DNA from: an uncultured Planctomycetota bacterium
GTDB taxonomy: Bacteria; Planctomycetota; Planctomycetia; Isosphaerales; Isosphaeraceae
DNA: 64,000 nucleotides
Direction: 5' to 3'
Assembly (NCBI GenBank): GCA_963823665.1
Contig: CAWGMQ010000008.1
Coordinates: 928,001 to 992,000, forward strand
A program made the translations under genes and the position numbers. The number at the start of each line of letters is the position of its first letter. Position 1 is the first letter of the stretch. Shown here in pieces: positions 42,355-51,906 of the stretch. The notes below the pieces were generated by a model, which had not been told where the DNA came from, ran no database searches, and saw nothing but the letters and a program-made list of their open reading frames with translations.

Positions 42355-42587
42355 TCGAGCGCCTCCTCCCACGCGCGGCTGCCGTGCGCCCGGAGCATGC
42401 ACATGAGAGGGTGCCGGCCGAGGTCTTCGTCGGACAGGCCGCTTTCGAGTAATCTGAGAACCTCAGGGAGACATGAGTCGAGGTAGAGCTCCTCCGCTTC
42501 GTGGAGAGTTTGCGCTTTGCCAGCGAGTAAGAGCCGGGCCACGGGGTCGGATGTCAGCGTCGTGAGATCATCGAGGTCGGTAGACAT
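42351..42587 (-). CDS. Small hypothetical protein coupled to the nucleotidyltransferase-like gene
   Basis: 78 aa, GGAG RBS, TTGA overlap with the downstream gene. Confidence 0.65.
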   Translation of the reverse strand: MSTDLDDLTTLTSDPVARLLLAGKAQTLHEAEELYLDSCLPEVLRLLESGLSDEDLGRHPLMCMLRAHGSRAWEEALD

Positions 42588-42696
42588 TGGGAGGCTCCTC
42601 CACGTGAATCATTCTCGCAGTTCACCACACGAACGCCCACAGACCGATTTGCGCTGCTCACAGACACGCTCCAAAAGGCGCGCGCCAGCAACCGCT

Positions 42697-42739
42697 GAAA
42701 CGAACAAGGGGCAGGGCACCTCAAGGATGCCCCACCCCT
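42697..42739 (-). terminator. Rho-independent terminator
   Basis: Minus-strand stem AGGGGUGGGGCA/UGCCCUGCCCCU (12 bp including GU pairs) followed by UGUUCGUUUC, about 35 nt after the stop at 42774. Confidence 0.6.
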
Positions 42740-42773
42740 CGTGGAGGCGCGGGTAGCCGATTCGTCCGGACCG

Positions 42774-43457
42774 TCAGCGATCGATGCCTAGCCGATAGAG
42801 GATTTCCTCGAACTTCTCGTGGTACTCATCATCGGTCGAGTGAAGGTGCTCGGCTTCCGAGATGAACTTCAAGGTGTCATCACGCTTCAAGCCATACTGG
42901 ATCAAGATCTTCTCAAACGGCTGAAGGTCATGGGCGTAGACGAAAAGCAGCTTGTGCTCGTCGAACTGCACCTCCATGGGGCCGTTCGGGTTGAGCGCGG
43001 CCATTCCGGTGCAGCCGTCGTTCAAGAGCAGGTTCTCGTAATCATAGAGCGTGCTTTTGAGGATCACCGTGTCCATGTGCTCGCGGTACAGGTCGGCATG
43101 CGACCCGGGCTCGGAGTCATGGCTCGATTCCATCACGACGTCCACCACGTCGCCGAGAGGGTCGAGCAGGTCCATGAACAGGTCAAACAGGTTCTCCGCA
43201 GACACCGACGCGGCCAGAACGGGCATCTTGCTGCCGGTCTCCGGATCGCAGTAAGTGTCGCGCCGATATCCGGCACGCGGGATGACCTCAAGACCGATCG
43301 AAGGGCGAACCGCTTCCGTCAGAGCGAAGCTTCCGTACCGTCCAATCCGTAGATGTGCATCAAGCTGATCTTGAGTAAGATCGTCAAAACCGGTACGAGT
43401 CATACGACCCGGATTATTGCGCAGCACACGCTCGAGGAAGCGTTGAATAAAACTCAT
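42774..43457 (-). CDS. Conserved hypothetical protein
   Basis: AGGAGGGG RBS; YGSFALTEAVRPS, ESSH, LLLNDGCTG, EVQFDEHKLL, EAEHLHS. Confidence 0.8.
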   Translation of the reverse strand: MSFIQRFLERVLRNNPGRMTRTGFDDLTQDQLDAHLRIGRYGSFALTEAVRPSIGLEVIPRAGYRRDTYCDPETGSKMPVLAASVSAENLFDLFMDLLDPLGDVVDVVMESSHDSEPGSHADLYREHMDTVILKSTLYDYENLLLNDGCTGMAALNPNGPMEVQFDEHKLLFVYAHDLQPFEKILIQYGLKRDDTLKFISEAEHLHSTDDEYHEKFEEILYRLGIDR

Positions 43458-44309
43458 CGAACAGGCTCCCCTCCTAAACTGCAACGAACTTCGGGATAGG
43501 TGCGACGAAACCCTCGGCCACCGCGTCAAACGGTCTTGGGTGTCATTCCCAAGCTAAGCCATCCCAGGCATCCGCTTGACACCGCGCCCAAGGGAGTCGA
43601 AACCCACCCCGGGGACGGGCGCCTGTCCATTGGCGACACTTCAAAAACGCCTCTTCACATATATACCACGCACGGCTTCACTATCCGGCCAAGTCTCCCC
43701 AGATTTTCAAAAGAAGACTCGGTGCTCGATCCCACGCGTGATCAGAACACCACATTCGAACACTCCCGAGACGTTCTCCCAAAAGACGGACCGATCGAGT
43801 CCGGGTGACCCTGCCTCGCGCTACCTCGTCACCCTCTGCGACAATTCGTTCGTCACTCGAGTCGAATCACACACGAATCCACTCATTCGGGTGCATTCGC
43901 AAATTCGATACCAGAAGAAAAACGCACCGTGGGTGATTCGGTCGTGCGTCTCTGGCTGGTAAAAACTTGAGTCAAGTTTTGGAAAATATGGACTCTTATC
44001 GGGAGAAGTCAACCGTACAATCAACTCGCCAGCATTTTGTAAGCATTTGCACCCATCGAGCACAAGACCTTCGATCCAAAAAACGACTCGTGTTGATTCC
44101 GAAACTCAACAATCCACTCGCGCTGTAGTGCAGTCATCATTTGAGGCGCGTCGAGTCGACACGAAGCGACGGACGCAACACCCTCTGCGCCAGCCATCGA
44201 GCCCATCGCCCGCTCGCGGCCGCAATGCTATACTCTTTTTCCCCGCTGCTGGCCCGGCGAGCGCCCGGCGGGTGAACATCCACAAGATCCCATGCACGGG
44301 AGGCAGTGA

Positions 44310-45680
44310 GTGATGGACATGGCTCGCGTGGAGACCTACCTGGAGTCGCATCGGAGCGATTTCGAGGAACAGCTCAAGGCCCTGATCCGCATTCCGAGCG
44401 TCAGTGCTCAGCCGGCGCATAACGCCGACACTCGCCGGGCCGCCATGTGGGTGCACGACGACCTCACCTCCATGGGCATCAAGACCGAGCTTGTCGAGAC
44501 CAAGGGCCACCCGATCGTCCACGGCGAATGGCTTTCCGCCCCGGGCAAGCCGACACTGCTCGTCTACGGGCATTACGACGTTCAGCCCGCCGAGCCGCTC
44601 GACCCCTGGCTCTCACCGCCCTTCGAGCCCACCGTGCGCGATGGCAACCTCTACGCTCGCGGCGCCACCGACGATAAGGGTCAGATGTTCACGCATTTGA
44701 AAGCAGCCGAGGCGTGGCTCAAGACCTCCGGCAAGCTGCCGGTGAATGTCAAGTTCGTCATCGAAGGCGAGGAAGAGGTTGGCGGGGCCAACCTGGAAGC
44801 GTACGTCGCCGACCAGGCCAAGCGCCTCGCTTGTGACTACGCCGTCATCTCCGATAGCAGCCAGTTCGCCCCCGGAGCTCCCGCGATCACTTACGGCCTC
44901 AAGGGCCTTGCGTATTTCGAGATCCTGATCCAGGGCGCCAACCGCGACTTGCATTCGGGTACTTATGGCGGCGCCGTCGCCAATCCGCTGAACGCTCTGG
45001 CGACGATCCTCGCCAGCCTGAAGGGGGCTGACGGCAGGATTCAGATTGCGGGGTTCTACGACAGCGTCAAGCCCCTGGCCGACTGGGAACGAAAGCAATT
45101 CGCCGCGCTCGATTTTTCCGAGAAAGCGTTCCAGGCCGATCTCGCTGTGACAAGTCTAGAAGGGGAGGCAGGTTTCACGACGCTGGAGCGGAAATGGGCA
45201 CGGCCCACCTGCGACGTGAACGGGATTTTTGGCGGGTACGCAGGCCCAGGCCCCAAGACTGTGCTCCCTTGCAAGGCGGGCGCCAAGTTCAGCTTTCGCC
45301 TGGTTCCCGACCAGGACCCGAAGACCGTCGAGAAGCAGCTCCGCGAGCACGTCGCGCGGGTTTGCCCCGAGGGTGTGACCTACGAGTTCATCACCCACCA
45401 CGGTGCGCCGGCGGTTCTGGTCAACACTGATACCCCGGGTGTGCGGGCCGCGGTCCGGGCAATCGAATTCGGTTTTGGCAAGAAGCCGGTCTTCATCCGC
45501 GAAGGGGGCTCGATTCCGGTCGTCGGCTTGATCAAGCAGCAACTGGGCGTGGACACGCTCCTTCTGGGCTGGGGCCAGAACGACGACAACCTGCACGGGC
45601 CAAACGAGAAGTTCGCGATCGCCGACTTCCATCGCGGCATCAAGTCGAGTGCATACTTGCTGGCTGAGCTCGCGAAGTGA
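44310..45680 (+). CDS. M20 family dipeptidase (ArgE/DapE/CNDP-like)
   Basis: YGHYDVQP, RGATDDKGQ, EGEEE, DLHSG, GGSIP, HGPNEK. Confidence 0.93.
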   Translation: MMDMARVETYLESHRSDFEEQLKALIRIPSVSAQPAHNADTRRAAMWVHDDLTSMGIKTELVETKGHPIVHGEWLSAPGKPTLLVYGHYDVQPAEPLDPWLSPPFEPTVRDGNLYARGATDDKGQMFTHLKAAEAWLKTSGKLPVNVKFVIEGEEEVGGANLEAYVADQAKRLACDYAVISDSSQFAPGAPAITYGLKGLAYFEILIQGANRDLHSGTYGGAVANPLNALATILASLKGADGRIQIAGFYDSVKPLADWERKQFAALDFSEKAFQADLAVTSLEGEAGFTTLERKWARPTCDVNGIFGGYAGPGPKTVLPCKAGAKFSFRLVPDQDPKTVEKQLREHVARVCPEGVTYEFITHHGAPAVLVNTDTPGVRAAVRAIEFGFGKKPVFIREGGSIPVVGLIKQQLGVDTLLLGWGQNDDNLHGPNEKFAIADFHRGIKSSAYLLAELAK

Positions 45681-46546
45681 AGGGGATTGAGAGCGCAACA
45701 GGTCACTGCAGAAATGACCCGGTCGAATCCATGAGAATTACCATCTCTGGCAACGCAGGTTTGGTCCGAACCCTCTGGGCGATCATCTCGGCAGCGTTTG
45801 CCGGCATCGTAATCGTGATCGCGCCCTTACCTCTGAACCTACTCGCCTTCGTGGGTTGGATTCTCTTGCTGCGACGGTCGACTCGCCCGCCTGGTAAAGT
45901 CGAACTGAACAAGTCATCATGGCCTGAGCGCGACGAGATCGATTGCGTCTCGACGCCCAAAGCGCCTGATCCCACGCACCCGCGGGCGATGATCGCGGCT
46001 CACGTCGTGATCGTCGGGACGATCATCGTGGTTGCGGGCTATGTTCCTGTGAAGCAGATCGATCAGATCTTGAACCGCTCGATCACGCTTCCAAGGACCG
46101 CGATGACCCTGGGTGAGTTTGCCGAGCTTGGCCGGACCAGTCACCTCCACCCCATTCATTTCGACCTCGAGCCGGAACAAGAAAAAGTGGTCGTACGCTT
46201 TCCGAGGATCCGAATGAGACTCGGCGAGGTCATCGAGATGATCGAGAAACAGGCAACGTTTCGACGTCACATCAGCAAGTGCGGCAACGAGTCGACGGTC
46301 CTCTGGGGATCGTGCGTCATGTCGATCACGATGGGCCCGGATCGCCCGCCGGGACATCACGATTCCGGCCGTTCAGTCGCGCAGGCGTCTGCTGGTGCGG
46401 GTCCTGAGCGTCGGGCGCAGGGCTCGAATGAGGGATCCGTCGGATCGGCGGCTGCCCGCGAAAGACTGGGCATCGATCGCGCCGGAGCCACATTCCAAGA
46501 CGCTCGAAGAACGCCCATACCCCCCGACTCGGCGTGTCCGCGTTGA
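45677..46546 (+). CDS. Hypothetical membrane protein
   Basis: Three hydrophobic segments; GTGA overlap with the dipeptidase; start uncertain. Confidence 0.5.
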   Translation: MKGIESATGHCRNDPVESMRITISGNAGLVRTLWAIISAAFAGIVIVIAPLPLNLLAFVGWILLLRRSTRPPGKVELNKSSWPERDEIDCVSTPKAPDPTHPRAMIAAHVVIVGTIIVVAGYVPVKQIDQILNRSITLPRTAMTLGEFAELGRTSHLHPIHFDLEPEQEKVVVRFPRIRMRLGEVIEMIEKQATFRRHISKCGNESTVLWGSCVMSITMGPDRPPGHHDSGRSVAQASAGAGPERRAQGSNEGSVGSAAARERLGIDRAGATFQDARRTPIPPDSACPR

Positions 46547-46631
46547 ATGAATTGACACGTCCCCAGCCTTCGAGTTCAATCAGCACACGTGCTGGTGTCC
46601 GGAATTGCCGTTCAAGGTGAGATGCGCGACG

Positions 46632-47258
46632 ATGCCATTACCGAAGGCGTTGCACGCTGGGACTCCAGTTCTGCCATCCGGGGGGCTCGCCCCGGTGATC
46701 GCTGCGGCGGCGCCGGCCGGAGGTGCCCCCGCGTTCGCTCCCGGCAACGGGGGCCATCCTTTTACGATGCAGATGCAGACCGATGACAACTGGTGCTGGG
46801 CGGCTGTCGCGACGAGCACTTCCCTCCACTACGACCCGTCCAGCACATGGACCCAGTGCGCGGTGGCCAACAGCGTGCTGTCCCTCCCCAGCGGTGTCGA
46901 CTGCTGCGTCTCGGGTGCAGTACCTCCGCCATGCGACGTCGAATGGTACCTCGACAAGGCCCTCACTGCGACGTCCAACTTGCTCGAAGTCCGCGCTGGC
47001 ACCGTCGGTTTCCCGAAACTGACAGCGCTGCTTGACGTCGACCGTCCGCTCGCGGTCCGCGTCGAGTAGGTCGGGGGTGGGGGACACTTCGTGGTGTTCC
47101 ACCAGTGGGAGAAGACTGCGTCAGGCATGGAATTTGTTGTCGTCGCCGATCCGTTTTACGGCAGGCGCACCGTGCTGTATAATGATTGCGTTCATCGATA
47201 TCCGGCCACCGGCTCGACAACTGGGACGTGGACTCACTCGTACTGGACCCAACCCTGA
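46632..47258 (+). pseudogene. Papain-like cysteine protease (C39/C70-like) with an in-frame TAG at 47067-47069
   Basis: QTDDNWCWAA...QC, then RVE*VGGGGHFVV...VADPFYG...WTHSYWTQP in the same frame. Confidence 0.75.
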
Positions 47259-47275
47259 CGGGAGGCTCGAAGACA

Positions 47276-47920
47276 ATGGCGCTGATCTTCGATCGGAACG
47301 TGCCCGCCGGGGTCGTCGACCTCGCCAGGAGCACTCTGGGCGAACTGGCCACAATGCCGGACTCGCGGGGGGGACGGTCCCCGCTCGCCAAAGCCATCGT
47401 CAGCAACACACCGCTGCCCGTCTATTCTCTCCGGATCGACGCCCTGGCGCGGGCCGGCGAGCCATGGGACGCTGGCTTGGCGGGCGCCGAGCCCGAGAGC
47501 TGGCGCGTGTTCGTGATGGACGGCGGCGAGCCGACGGGCGTGGCCGATGTCGCCGCGCCCGGAGGGGGGAACGCGGCGCGATTCCTGAGCTACACCCGGG
47601 GCCCGCAGGTTGCCTCGTCCGGTAGGGCCCTGACCGACGCCGAGGACGGCAAGCGGCTCGAAGGCCGGAAATTCGAACCGCGCTTCCTGGAAATCCCCGG
47701 CATCAACGTCTCGGCCGTGTGGCTCAAGGCCCTCGACGCACAAACCGACTCCGTCATCCCGGTCGATCCGGTCCCACGATTCCTTCGAAGCCATTCCATG
47801 TACACCCTGCGCGATTTTCTCGACCTCGTCAGGGCTCGTGCGGTAGAGCGCCTCAAGTTCAACAACTCCCCGCAACAAGACGACCACAATCCGCCGGCGC
47901 ACGCGCAAAGCTCGGTCTGA
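47276..47920 (+). CDS. Hypothetical protein partnered with the papain-like protease
   Basis: GGAGG RBS 17 nt after the protease stop; PLPVYSL, SWRVFV, GPQV, FEPRFLEIPG..AVWL..VIP. Confidence 0.75.
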   Translation: MALIFDRNVPAGVVDLARSTLGELATMPDSRGGRSPLAKAIVSNTPLPVYSLRIDALARAGEPWDAGLAGAEPESWRVFVMDGGEPTGVADVAAPGGGNAARFLSYTRGPQVASSGRALTDAEDGKRLEGRKFEPRFLEIPGINVSAVWLKALDAQTDSVIPVDPVPRFLRSHSMYTLRDFLDLVRARAVERLKFNNSPQQDDHNPPAHAQSSV

Positions 47921-48107
47921 GAAGCACAATCCGCGAAACGGCGAGGTAGCTGCGGATCTCGGACTTGAATGGCTCGTGCTCGTCTCAAGTTGGGTGGCTC
48001 CAATCCTCGTTCACGGAAATCGATTCGTTGACTTTCAACAGCAAGGCCGTCTATTTCTGGCGATTCTCCCGCCGGTGTTCATCGAAGAGTGTCAAAAAGG
48101 GAGTAAC

Positions 48108-49400
48108 ATGCTGGATGTGAAGTACGTGGTCGCCAATGCCGAGGCGGTCAAACAGAACTGCCGGAACCGGAACACCCCCCCCGACGTCCTCGAAGACGTC
48201 GACCGCGCCATCGAGCTCGAGGGCGAGCGCCGGGCGCTGCTCCAGGGCGTGGAAGAGATCCGCAGGCGCCAGAATGAAGTCGCGCAGGCCACCGGCAAGG
48301 AGCGCGATCCACAGAAGCGCTCGGTCTTGATCGAGGAGGGCAAGGCGCTCAAGTTGCGCGTAGCCGACGAGGAGGACAAACTCCGGATCCTGGAGGGCTC
48401 GCTCAACCTGCGGCTGCGGCGCATTCCCAATTTGACGCATCCCGACGCACCTATGGGACGTACCGAGGAAGACAGCCGCGAAATTCGCAAATCCGGCACT
48501 CCGCGCCAGTTTGACTTCAAGCCCAAAGACCACGTCGAGCTCGGCAAGGAGCTCGACCTGATCGACTTTGAAACCGCCGGCAAAGTCAGCGGATCGGGAT
48601 TCTATTTCCTCAAGAACGACGCCGTGCTTCTCGACCTGGCGCTCCAGCAGCTCGCGCTCAAGAATCTGATCGAGGCCGGTTTCACTCCCATCGTCACGCC
48701 CGACCTGGCGCGTAATAATATCCTGGAGGGGATCGGGTTCACTCCGCGCGGCGAAGAGACGCAGGTTTATTCGGTCGAGGACAGCGACCTCAGCCTGATC
48801 GGCACCGCCGAGATCACCCTGGGCGGTATGCACTCAGACGCCGTCCTGGCCGAGTCGGACCTGCCGCTTCAGTACGTCGGTCTTTCCCACTGTTTCCGCA
48901 CCGAAGCCGGCGCCGCGGGGCGGGCCAGCCGCGGCCTTTATCGCGTGCACCAGTTCACCAAGGTCGAGATGTTCGCCTTCAGCACGCCGGAATCCTCGGG
49001 CGAGATTCACGCCCGGATGCTGGCCATCGAAGAAAGGTTTTTCGAGTCCCTCGGCATTCCGTTTCGTGTTCTCGACATCGCGTCCGGCGACCTGGGCGGC
49101 CCCGCCTACCGCAAGTTCGACGTCGAGGCCTGGATGCCCGGGCGTGGAGAGCACGGTGAATACGGTGAAGTGACCAGCACCTCCGACTGCACCGATTACC
49201 AGGCCCGGCGGCTCAATATCCGCTATCGCCCCACAGGCCAGAAAGGGACCCGCTTCGTCCACACGCTCAACGGAACGGCCGTCGCCGTCAGCCGCGCCCT
49301 GATCGTGATCATGGAGAACTACCAGCGCGCTGACGGCTCGATCGACGTTCCCGAGGTCCTGCGCCCCTACGTCGGCAAAGGCGTGATCGGCCGCCGCTGA
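48108..49400 (+). CDS. serS: Serine--tRNA ligase
   Basis: MLDVKYV, IPNLTH, LIGTAEI, CFRTEAG, YRVHQFTKVEMF, DYQARRL, HTLNGT. Confidence 0.97.
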   Translation: MLDVKYVVANAEAVKQNCRNRNTPPDVLEDVDRAIELEGERRALLQGVEEIRRRQNEVAQATGKERDPQKRSVLIEEGKALKLRVADEEDKLRILEGSLNLRLRRIPNLTHPDAPMGRTEEDSREIRKSGTPRQFDFKPKDHVELGKELDLIDFETAGKVSGSGFYFLKNDAVLLDLALQQLALKNLIEAGFTPIVTPDLARNNILEGIGFTPRGEETQVYSVEDSDLSLIGTAEITLGGMHSDAVLAESDLPLQYVGLSHCFRTEAGAAGRASRGLYRVHQFTKVEMFAFSTPESSGEIHARMLAIEERFFESLGIPFRVLDIASGDLGGPAYRKFDVEAWMPGRGEHGEYGEVTSTSDCTDYQARRLNIRYRPTGQKGTRFVHTLNGTAVAVSRALIVIMENYQRADGSIDVPEVLRPYVGKGVIGRR

Positions 49401-49438
49401 TCCATGGGCCTCGACCTCCTCGACCGGTTTGAGGGCCC

Positions 49439-50818
49439 ATGCATAATCCGCTCCTCGTTCCTGACCTCCGCGAGCTGATTCGCGACGGAGAAATCGCCGG
49501 CCTGCGCGACTTCTTCGTCGAGCATCACCCCGCGCGTCTGGCCGAGCTGATGGAAGACCTCGACACCCAGGATGCCGACGCCGTCTTCGCCGTGCTCCCC
49601 CCGCGCAACCGCGCCGCGGTCTTGAACTACCTCGAGAAGGACCGCCAGGAGCAGCTCGTCAAGGCGATGCCCCCCAAGGACGCCGCCGAGCTGCTCCACC
49701 TGATGCCACACGACGAGCGCGCCGACCTGGTCAACCGCCTCGACGAAGATGTCGTCGACCCGGTGCTCCCCTTCCTGGCCCAGGCCGAGCGCGAGGATAT
49801 CCGCCGCCTCGGCAGTTATGAGCCCGGCACCGCAGGCGCCGCCATGACCACCGACTACGTGGCGCTGCCGCCGCACATCACAGTCCGCGAGGCGCTCGAG
49901 CTCCTGCGGCACGAGGCTCCCGACCGCGAAACGATCTATTACTGCTACGTTGTCGATCACAAGCGCCGGTTGATCGGGTTCATCTCGCTCAAGCGGCTGA
50001 TCTTATCGCGCCGGTCGGCCGTCATCGAAGACGTCATGCAGCGCGACGTCATCCTGGCGCGCGTCGACGAAGACCAGGAATCGGTCGCACGCCAGATCGA
50101 TAAGTACGACCTGCTCGCCATCCCTGTCGTCGACTCTTCCGACATGCTCCTGGGCATCATCACCCATGACGACGCGATGGATATCCTCCGCCAGGAGCAA
50201 ACCGAAGACATCCTCGCCTTCGGCGGCGTCGCAAGCGACTCCGAGACCAAAGAGGAAACCTACTGGCAAGGGCGTCTTGTGGAAGGCGTGCGCCGGCGAG
50301 TGGGGTGGCTACTATTCCTGTTCCTGGCCGGCACCATGACCAAGTACGTCTCGCACTATTTCAAAGGCGTGCAGCTTCGCCTACCCGACCTGATCGATTT
50401 CATCCCGCTCATGATCGGAACCGGCGGAAATGCCGGCAGCCAGACTGTCGGTACCATCATTCGCGGCATCGCCCTGGGCGAGATCCAGGGCTCGCATGCG
50501 TTCCGCGTGGTCTATCGCGAATGGCTCACCGGCTTGCTCCTGGGAACGCTCCTGGGCGGTATAGGCTTCTTCTACACCTGGGCACTGCACGGCAACCCGG
50601 CCTTCGCGGCCGTCATCGGCCTGGCAATCCTCTTCATCTGCATGTGGGCCAACAGCGTCGGCGCGGTGATTCCGCTCCTGGCCAAACGATTCGGCATCGA
50701 CCCGGCCGTCGTGAGCGCCCCCTTGATCAGCACCGTGGTCGACGCCACCGGCCTGGTGATCTTCTACTCGGTCGCCATCGTCCTCTTGATCAAGCTGGGC
50801 GGAGCCGGAACGAAATGA
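49439..50818 (+). CDS. mgtE: Magnesium transporter MgtE
   Basis: MgtE-N region, CBS pair (TAGAAMTTDY, YDLLAIPVVD), GTGGNAGSQ, DPAVVSAPLISTVVDATG. Confidence 0.96.
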   Translation: MHNPLLVPDLRELIRDGEIAGLRDFFVEHHPARLAELMEDLDTQDADAVFAVLPPRNRAAVLNYLEKDRQEQLVKAMPPKDAAELLHLMPHDERADLVNRLDEDVVDPVLPFLAQAEREDIRRLGSYEPGTAGAAMTTDYVALPPHITVREALELLRHEAPDRETIYYCYVVDHKRRLIGFISLKRLILSRRSAVIEDVMQRDVILARVDEDQESVARQIDKYDLLAIPVVDSSDMLLGIITHDDAMDILRQEQTEDILAFGGVASDSETKEETYWQGRLVEGVRRRVGWLLFLFLAGTMTKYVSHYFKGVQLRLPDLIDFIPLMIGTGGNAGSQTVGTIIRGIALGEIQGSHAFRVVYREWLTGLLLGTLLGGIGFFYTWALHGNPAFAAVIGLAILFICMWANSVGAVIPLLAKRFGIDPAVVSAPLISTVVDATGLVIFYSVAIVLLIKLGGAGTK

Positions 50819-51054
50819 CCCGTGGGTCAGGCTTGAGCCTGACAATCGCAATGTCCTTTGAACGACTTGCTCGTCGACCTCCATTCTTTCAGCTCGGGCA
50901 TCCACGCGTGCTGCCCTTTTTTTTCTTTCAGCGTCGACGCCAGGACCGACCTATGCTTACTTTGAAGATCGTCTCCGGCGCGGCCCGCACTCGCTCCCTG
51001 TCCCCTCCGGCCGCTGGCACTTCAATTTCTGTCTCGAGCGATGAGGATCGCCAA

Positions 51055-51762
51055 ATGCTGGCGCCCCAATTTGCCGATCATAGGGTTGAATCGGACGCCA
51101 CTTCAGCCGCTGCGACGACTCCTGAAAGACGCCAGACCCCGCACCATCGTCTTCGCGACGCGCGGGGAACGCTCGAATGGTGCGAGCACGACGAACAAAT
51201 CTGCTGCGATGTAACGGTGATTGATATCAGTGGCGTAGGGGCGGCCGTGCTCACCGACCGTGCGCCGGAGGTGGGCCAATCCGTCTGGATTCGGCTGGAA
51301 TCCGGCGCTGCCGGAAGAGACCGTCTGGAAGCGCGAGTCGTCGCCACCTCGGCCGAGGCGTCCGGCAAGCAAATCGTCCGGTCGCATTTCATGTCCTGGC
51401 TGCCGATCGGCGAAGTACTCGAACGCCACGAAGAGCATCGGCTCTGGCAGCGCTACCCGGCGCGCGAGACCCGCGCCACACTGCACTGGATCGACGGGAC
51501 GGTTGAACAAACCGCTCCGGGCAAGCTGCTCAACATCAGCGGCGGCGGCGCGGCCGTCATGACTGACGCACCACTGCCCGAGCAAGAGCCCATCGGGCTC
51601 ACGCTCGCCGCAGGAGCTGAGCCGACCACACCGGCCGAATGCCGCCTCGTCGCTGTCTCGATCGACGCGTCTGGGTCGCGGATCGCACGGCTCAGATTTG
51701 TCGGAGCTTGTCCCATGGACCTCTTCGAGCTCGCCCTCCGCGGCGCGCCGAGCGAACCTTGA
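51055..51762 (+). CDS. Tandem PilZ-domain protein
   Basis: ERRQTPH...DISGVG and EHRLWQRYP...NISGGG. Confidence 0.8.
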   Translation: MLAPQFADHRVESDATSAAATTPERRQTPHHRLRDARGTLEWCEHDEQICCDVTVIDISGVGAAVLTDRAPEVGQSVWIRLESGAAGRDRLEARVVATSAEASGKQIVRSHFMSWLPIGEVLERHEEHRLWQRYPARETRATLHWIDGTVEQTAPGKLLNISGGGAAVMTDAPLPEQEPIGLTLAAGAEPTTPAECRLVAVSIDASGSRIARLRFVGACPMDLFELALRGAPSEP

Positions 51763-51906
51763 TTCGCAGTGGGAATGTTGTAGAGTGCGTCGGCGGAGCC
51801 TGGTCTATCGAGAATAATGAAGCAAGAGAGCGCTGGCGCGACAAAAGCGAGCCTGATGCTCGGCATAATTCACGATCCGCCGAATGGGAAACCAAGCGAC
51901 ACTGGC

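Noticed and set aside
47067..47069. Pyrrolysine or stop-codon reassignment
   Set aside because: Single instance at a Trp-compatible site, no pyl genes in the window, and TAG terminates another gene here (57974).
50305..51054. N-terminal extension of the PilZ ORF (likewise 55143-55694 for the kinase)
   Set aside because: Overlaps mgtE (or the sigma gene) in another frame; better starts with RBS-like sequence exist downstream.
50819..51054. c-di-GMP riboswitch upstream of the PilZ gene or Mg riboswitch before mgtE
   Set aside because: No GEMM-like motif is visible, and mgtE follows serS by only 38 bp.
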